Under the pieces are notes generated by a model. It ran no database searches, had not been told where the DNA came from, and saw only the letters and a list, made by a program, of their open reading frames with translations. DNA of 64,000 nucleotides from Bacteroidales bacterium (GTDB lineage Bacteria > Bacteroidota > Bacteroidia > Bacteroidales > B39-G9): positions 2,181 through 66,180 of the forward strand of contig JAGLWK010000071.1 in the NCBI GenBank assembly GCA_023133485.1, read 5' to 3'. Shown piece by piece: positions 58,615 to 64,000 of this stretch (its first letter is position 1; each line of letters starts with the position of its first letter). Position numbers and translations under genes: made by a program.

Positions 58615-59318
58615 TGAAAAACATTAATTTTTTTTTCTTTTCTGAATAATTCAAACCACATATATTTTAAAAGCTTCTTGCCTGTTGGAATTGCTTTAAA
58701 ATGTGTATCTCCTGCAACTCTATTATTTTCTTCAACAGGAAATTCTATCATTTTTATATTTTTTTTATATCCTCTTATAACCATTTCAATATCAAGCGAT
58801 AAGCCGCATGGAAGAGGATCAATTTTATAAAAAGCATTTTTTGTAATTCCCCTAAAGCCATGTAAAACATCTTTTATACGTTTTACTTTTTTTCTCCAAA
58901 GTATAGATGCTATCCTGCTTAGTCCTAAAACAAACCATTTTCGATATTTAATTATTTTTTTATCTTCCTCGTTTACAGATTTGTTTAACATCCTGCTTGC
59001 AATTATAAGTTCATATCCATTTTCAAAATATTTTCTAAATTTTAATGCCTCTTCCGGATTAATTGATCCTTTTGGGTGAAAAAATATCAAAGCATCTGTA
59101 TGACAATGTTTAAAACTTTCAATATATGCTTGATTATATCCTGCTTTTTCTTGTTTGTAAACTTTAATATTATTTTGTTCAAGATATTCTACAGTTCCAT
59201 CATTACTGCCACCATCAACAGCAAATATTTCATCAAATTTATTAAATTTAATTTTAGGAATATCATGTTTACAACCATCAAATTCATTTAGTGTTAATAA
59301 ACAAAGACCAATTTTCAT
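58611..59318 (-). CDS. GT2-family glycosyltransferase
   Basis: Has the VDGGSNDGT motif. 235 aa. Confidence 0.75.
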   Translation of the reverse strand: MKIGLCLLTLNEFDGCKHDIPKIKFNKFDEIFAVDGGSNDGTVEYLEQNNIKVYKQEKAGYNQAYIESFKHCHTDALIFFHPKGSINPEEALKFRKYFENGYELIIASRMLNKSVNEEDKKIIKYRKWFVLGLSRIASILWRKKVKRIKDVLHGFRGITKNAFYKIDPLPCGLSLDIEMVIRGYKKNIKMIEFPVEENNRVAGDTHFKAIPTGKKLLKYMWFELFRKEKKINVFQ

Positions 59319-59320
59319 TT

Positions 59321-60520
59321 TTATAGTTTTGATAATTTATCAGCGAATTTAAGTGAATTATTAACGGTAATATCTGAATTCATATGCTCCCACATTCCCC
59401 ATCTTCCTAATCCAAAAATATTTTTTCTTTCAGCCCACTCTAAAATATTTTTTATTATAATTGGTTTATTTATAGTATTTAATGGATAGGCAAATTTATT
59501 TATAAAATGAAATTCCGAACACTTATTAGACCTCTTTAAATTTGTTTCGGTCCAATAACCATTTGAATTCTCTAAAAAATTATGTCTGCAAAGAATTCGA
59601 TGATAAGATTTATTTATATCAGGATCATATATCCAATGTGCTTTAGAATTTATATTTTTGGGGTAATAATCTACCTGAATGCTTGCATATTCTAATTTAT
59701 TAATATTTGTTTTAATCTTATAAGGAACATCATTAAATGACACCCATTGTGTCCATGGTATGGTATTTATGACATATTCAGCATGATATTTTCCGTTCAC
59801 TATTAAATTATCTGTTTCTACCATTTCAACCGGACTGTTTAGAATTAACTTTTTACCTAATTTTTCTCCCATTCTTTTCCAAACTTCTCCATATCCCTGT
59901 TTTTTGGGGTAATAAAATTGTGCATGTGCAGGTATAGAACCAACATGAGTTTTTTTAATAACACTTAGTAAAGTATCTTTAAAAGAAACATTTGGTAATT
60001 TATACAACCAATAGGTTCCTAATTTATTAAGGTCATATGACCATATTTTCTTATTATAAGGAAGCATATATTCTTTTGCAATCTTTTTACCAAGTTTCCA
60101 TGTAATCCATTCTTCAAAAAGTTCTGGTTTTGATATTCCTTTGTTTGATCCTGCAGTTGCAATAGATTCAAGAAATTCCACCTGGTCCTCAATATCCATT
60201 TGCCATATATTTGCCTCAAAAGGATAATCTATTTCTTTACCCTTATAAATAATATGTGATATCCTATTATATATGTTCCATTCATTTTTATTCATAAAAC
60301 TAAAAACAAAATCAAGAACATCTTTATTTTTTACATCAAGAAAATGTCCTCCACCTATATCTAAAGGAAGTCCGTCAATTATTTCGCTTCTACATAACCC
60401 CCCTGTAGTTTTTTCTTTTTCAATTAGTAAAAAAGACGTTTCTCCTTTTTGAAGTAATTTATTTGCAAGACTAAGCCCTGAAGGTCCTGCACCAAGGATA
60501 ATATATTTATAATGTTCCAT
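59321..60520 (-). CDS. FAD-dependent oxidoreductase (UDP-galactopyranose-mutase/amine-oxidase-like)
   Basis: N-terminal IILGAGPSGLSLA...EKEKTTGGLCRS stretch and a C-terminal GLGRWGMWEHMNSD stretch. Confidence 0.6.
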   Translation of the reverse strand: MEHYKYIILGAGPSGLSLANKLLQKGETSFLLIEKEKTTGGLCRSEIIDGLPLDIGGGHFLDVKNKDVLDFVFSFMNKNEWNIYNRISHIIYKGKEIDYPFEANIWQMDIEDQVEFLESIATAGSNKGISKPELFEEWITWKLGKKIAKEYMLPYNKKIWSYDLNKLGTYWLYKLPNVSFKDTLLSVIKKTHVGSIPAHAQFYYPKKQGYGEVWKRMGEKLGKKLILNSPVEMVETDNLIVNGKYHAEYVINTIPWTQWVSFNDVPYKIKTNINKLEYASIQVDYYPKNINSKAHWIYDPDINKSYHRILCRHNFLENSNGYWTETNLKRSNKCSEFHFINKFAYPLNTINKPIIIKNILEWAERKNIFGLGRWGMWEHMNSDITVNNSLKFADKLSKL

Positions 60521-60570
60521 TCAAAAAAGAGCTATATATATGTTTTTAATTTTTTTACTGATAAATATAT

Positions 60571-61728
60571 TTACCTTTTGTAGATATCCAAAATTGATTT
60601 GGCTATATTTTTCCATGCAAAAATACCCTTTTCACTAAATTTATTTATGTTATTTTCAAGTTTTATTAATTCATCCCTATGAGAAAATATTTTTATAATA
60701 GTTTCAGCAAGACTGATACTATCTTTTTGTGGAACCAAATAACCATTTTCGCTATTAATAATTACATCCTTAAAACCGCCTGTATTAGTTGCAACAACAG
60801 GTTTATTAAAGGCAAAAGCAGTCATAGCAACTCCACTTTGTGTTGCATCAGTATATGGACAAACAACAAGTTTTGTTGTTTTTATCATTGACACTAATTC
60901 ATGAGAATCTATAAACCTGTTAATTAATGTAATATTAGATGTTTCATTAATATATTTTTTATCAAAGTATATATTTCCACTTCCTACGATTAATAATTTT
61001 AGTTTAGGGTATTTTTTTAATACTATTTTAAATGCTTCAAGTAAATATTCAATCCCTTTATATGGAGAAATTCTTCCAAAAAATAAAATATCGCTTTTAT
61101 TATTTATTTTGATATTGGAATTTAAGAAACTTTTATAGATTTCAAGATATCCGAAAGGAACAAAAAACACTTTGTTTTTCTTTACCTTGGAATTAACAAA
61201 AAATTGATTATAATCATTTTTGTTTTGTAATATAATTGGATATTTTGAATTTGTTTGAAACCATCTAAGAAAATTTTGAATAATATTTCTTTGTCCTTCT
61301 CCTGAGTGTGGGTAAAAATCATGAATTGTAAAAACTTTCTTTTTCCCTATAAGAAATAAAATAAGTTGAGGTAAAACAGCATGGTCTCCATTAAAATGAA
61401 TAATATCATATTTTTTTAATACCCTGGAAAATTTATAAGATAATATCCAGTTTTTAAATGATTTGAATTTCAAATTTTTATAAATAAAAAGTTTTAATCC
61501 AAATTTATTCTCAATATATTTTTTTATTTCATTAGAAAATACCTTTTGAGAAGTTTCATTATTTTGTAAACCCGGCTGAACATTTATTGATGTAAAATCT
61601 ATTATATTATTTCTTTTTCTATCAAGTGAAAAAGCAAAATACAGATCAACATTTACATAATTAACTAAATATTTTGGAAGTGAAATTATACTATCTGCAT
61701 GACCAAAACTAACAATAGCAACTTTCAT
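60571..61728 (-). CDS. GT4-family glycosyltransferase
   Basis: Has GRISPYKGIEYL and a C-terminal ...TQSGVAMTAFAFNKPVVATNTGG stretch. Confidence 0.7.
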   Translation of the reverse strand: MKVAIVSFGHADSIISLPKYLVNYVNVDLYFAFSLDRKRNNIIDFTSINVQPGLQNNETSQKVFSNEIKKYIENKFGLKLFIYKNLKFKSFKNWILSYKFSRVLKKYDIIHFNGDHAVLPQLILFLIGKKKVFTIHDFYPHSGEGQRNIIQNFLRWFQTNSKYPIILQNKNDYNQFFVNSKVKKNKVFFVPFGYLEIYKSFLNSNIKINNKSDILFFGRISPYKGIEYLLEAFKIVLKKYPKLKLLIVGSGNIYFDKKYINETSNITLINRFIDSHELVSMIKTTKLVVCPYTDATQSGVAMTAFAFNKPVVATNTGGFKDVIINSENGYLVPQKDSISLAETIIKIFSHRDELIKLENNINKFSEKGIFAWKNIAKSILDIYKR

Positions 61729-63002
61729 TTAGTTATTTTTTTGAAAGTATTGGTAATACTATGTTTTACAAAATTTAAATAAAATTTATAAAAAGCATAT
61801 GAACTAATGATTAAATAAAAAGGAGTTGTTGGAATTCTATACCTAGATACACTAACAGGGCCAGTAAAAAAGCTGAAATAAAAGATAATTGAAAAAAAAA
61901 CAACAAGAATGTAGTATTGTTTATTCATTAATAATAAATAAAATCCATATAAAAGAAATATATATATTATTGAAAAATACATAGCAATAATAATTTTTAA
62001 ACCAATATTATATGATTTATTATTTAATGGAGATATGAAGAATTTTATCATTCCTTTCACATGAAAAATTGAGTACGATAAAATATTCTTTCTAATAATA
62101 TTTAAAGCAATAAAAGTATTGGCTTTATCAAATTCAAATGGATTGATTTTTTCATTAATATCATATTTATTATATGCTTTATTATATAAATCATTAAATA
62201 TTTTTGTTTCTGTACTATTTGTTTTTAAAGCCTTAAATCTGGCAATATTTACAAATAATACATCAGATTTATTTGAAGATAATTTAAAGTAACCATAATT
62301 ATTAAAATTTCTATATAACCATGGTGTTATTGTCAATAGATAAGCAAAAACAATAAAAAACATTTTACTATATAAGTATTTACGGTTTTTCCACTGATTT
62401 AATAACAGATAAAAAAGAATTAATAAAGTAAAATAATAATTTATTGGTCTTACAAGAGTAGTAAATCCTAATAATAATCCACAGAGAATTTGATTTACAA
62501 ACCAATTCTGATTAATAACCCTAAAAAACATATAAATTGATACAATAAATAAAAAAGCATGTAAAGTTTCTGTTCCAAATTGCATAGTTAATTTTATTGC
62601 ATTTGGTTCAAAGGCATATAATATTGAAGAAATCAAAGCAATTTTATTATTGAAAATTTGTTTAGTTAAGAAATAAATAAAAACAATTGTAAAAACGTGC
62701 AAAAATATTTGAGAAAAAATAATTATCCATGGTTTTATCCCAAACACTAAATAAAAAAATGAAATATATAATGGAAATCCTGGTGTTCGAAAGGTATCCC
62801 AACCTGAATAAACAGGGAATTTCCCTTTTTCTACAATATTAATTGCTAAAGTGTGATAACTATTTGCATCGCCATGTATAAATTTCTGTTCTATTGTTTT
62901 CTGTTGCCACGGTTTGTCATACATAAAATAGGCAGATTCAACGATAAGAGTAATAAATATAATATAAAATAGAAATTTGTATTTTATTAATATATTTGGC
63001 AT
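61725..63002 (-). CDS. GT-C fold membrane glycosyltransferase (family 39-like)
   Basis: Polytopic. The first loop reads GDANSYH...FRTPGFPLY, followed by LVRPIN. 425 aa. Confidence 0.55.
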   Translation of the reverse strand: MPNILIKYKFLFYIIFITLIVESAYFMYDKPWQQKTIEQKFIHGDANSYHTLAINIVEKGKFPVYSGWDTFRTPGFPLYISFFYLVFGIKPWIIIFSQIFLHVFTIVFIYFLTKQIFNNKIALISSILYAFEPNAIKLTMQFGTETLHAFLFIVSIYMFFRVINQNWFVNQILCGLLLGFTTLVRPINYYFTLLILFYLLLNQWKNRKYLYSKMFFIVFAYLLTITPWLYRNFNNYGYFKLSSNKSDVLFVNIARFKALKTNSTETKIFNDLYNKAYNKYDINEKINPFEFDKANTFIALNIIRKNILSYSIFHVKGMIKFFISPLNNKSYNIGLKIIIAMYFSIIYIFLLYGFYLLLMNKQYYILVVFFSIIFYFSFFTGPVSVSRYRIPTTPFYLIISSYAFYKFYLNFVKHSITNTFKKITK

Positions 63003-63309
63003 TGTATTTTTATAGAGATTTATCCGTTTATAGCTTAAGATATTATAAATATTTAGTTAGTATTGAATGTGTTTTTACGGGAAGGATTGTATCCATACAA
63101 TTATCTGCTAAATCACAAGTAGATTTATAACAAGAAATACTAGTAGTTCTTAAAACATCACCAAGTGTATCAAGCTTAATAATTAATATTTTTTTGGTAT
63201 CTGAATATAATCTTTATAATTATTACAAGATATTAAATCCTTTTTATGATTATAAATGGTTTGTAAGCTAAAAAGTATTTATAATCATAATAATATTTTC
63301 AAATTTTAA

Positions 63310-64000
63310 TTATTCTAAAATTTTTTCACTAATTATTTTATTGCAAATAGTATCTGCTACTACTTCGTTGCCATAGAAAGTTAAATGGCAATAATCAAGA
63401 AAAATTTGTTCCGGATAATCATTAACAACCCTTTGTAAATTTATATAACAAGCATTTTTTGATTCAGCCCAGTTGTCATAACGATTAAGATAGTATTCAT
63501 ATAAATCAAAGCTCGCAAGTTTTGTTTCAACAGAATTTTTCCAATGAAATAAATAATTACAACAAGCTTTTTCTATATCTGTTTTTTGTGGTTTCAACGA
63601 TAATAATGGTTGAGGGCAGAACATTATGTTAATGCTGTCAGTATCAGCAGTTTTATTAAACATCTCATATAGAACAAAAATATCATCTACATACTTTTCT
63701 ATATTGTTTTTATATTTATTGAATATTGCTTTTAGTTCCTGCTTATTAATTTTTATTTTTTTGTTTAAAAATTCAGTGTAAATTTTTTCATTATATTTAT
63801 ATTTTGATGTAAATAAATTTTTCCCAAAATAAAATAAAGTAAATGATTTTGACATTAGATACATTCCTGTTTTATATGCAAAGTTTTTTTTATAAGTATG
63901 ATTTTCCCATGCTTTACTTACAATATCATACCTGTATTTATAATTATTAATAGAAAAACACATATCATTATATCCGTCAATTAAGATAATTAAGTCAGGG
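63310..64000 (-). CDS. SGNH/GDSL-like hydrolase (partial; 5' end lies beyond the window)
   Basis: The frame stays open upstream of the track's Met (…PDLIILIDGYNDMCF…), giving a GxND block. A C-terminal DYCHLT motif provides the DxxH block. Confidence 0.55.
   Translation of the reverse strand, partial: PDLIILIDGYNDMCFSINNYKYRYDIVSKAWENHTYKKNFAYKTGMYLMSKSFTLFYFGKNLFTSKYKYNEKIYTEFLNKKIKINKQELKAIFNKYKNNIEKYVDDIFVLYEMFNKTADTDSINIMFCPQPLLSLKPQKTDIEKACCNYLFHWKNSVETKLASFDLYEYYLNRYDNWAESKNACYINLQRVVNDYPEQIFLDYCHLTFYGNEVVADTICNKIISEKILE

Noticed and set aside
63003-63309. Possible invertible promoter (Bacteroides capsule-style) upstream of the operon, with inverted repeats TTATGATTATAAAT…ATTTATAATCATAA at about 63245-63291.
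   Set aside because: The inverted repeats are only 19 nt apart. That is too close to bracket a promoter, and they sit just 3' of the SGNH gene, where they more plausibly form its terminator. No recombinase gene is nearby.
1-64000. CRISPR arrays, rRNA genes, retron- or DGR-type reverse transcriptases, and prophage or integrase genes.
   Set aside because: I saw no regularly spaced direct repeats, no rRNA-like conserved blocks, and no RT or integrase motifs in any ORF of the track.

Overview
This is a very AT-rich chromosomal segment that I assign to Bacteroidota. The supporting signs are a T9SS C-terminal sorting domain on a secreted protease, an LpxC-FabZ fusion gene, the ftsX-DUF3098-uppP-truB-queA gene order, and TAnnTTTG -7 promoter boxes.

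**Left half (1-30 kb).** This part is mostly housekeeping: nadB, glyQS, ftsX, uppP, truB, queA, a family-4 UDG, lpxA, lpxC/fabZ, dnaG, a sirtuin, metH and metF. Two adjacent toxin-antitoxin pairs (PIN and MNT/HEPN) sit at 22.3-24.0 kb.

**Middle (30-39.9 kb).** This part is accessory and mosaic:
- a membrane-tethered XRE regulator next to a CPBP intramembrane protease;
- a frameshifted serine-hydrolase pseudogene;
- a GT-C glycosyltransferase;
- tRNA-Arg(UCG) next to an IS200-like/RAYT Y1 transposase embedded in a large imperfect inverted repeat;
- ubiX and a Wzi/RemB-like outer-membrane gene;
- a small TA module, followed by a truncated second copy of the Wzi-like gene.

**Right part (39.9-63 kb).** This is one long minus-strand polysaccharide operon with many overlapping stop/start junctions. 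It combines Wbp-type diamino-uronic-acid genes, a WbaP-like initiating transferase, two CE4-type deacetylases, a FemAB-like acyltransferase, two AsnB-type amidoligases, an ATP-grasp ligase, GT4 and GT2 transferases, and GT-C membrane enzymes.

**Best-supported new observation.** A non-coding MITE-like element of about 160-180 bp is present in two full copies (38731-38912 and 45249-45410) and one degenerate remnant (about 22273-22338).
- It has imperfect terminal inverted repeats, copy-specific 4-bp target-site duplications, and a hairpin whose arms change in a compensatory way between copies.
- One copy splits a TumE/DUF6516-like toxin gene. Removing the element plus one duplication by hand restores an intact ORF.
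- The other copy sits inside the polysaccharide operon and rewrites the C-terminus of a deacetylase.

No rRNA, CRISPR array, reverse transcriptase or obvious riboswitch was seen. All protein calls rest on motifs I recognised by eye. No database search was run.
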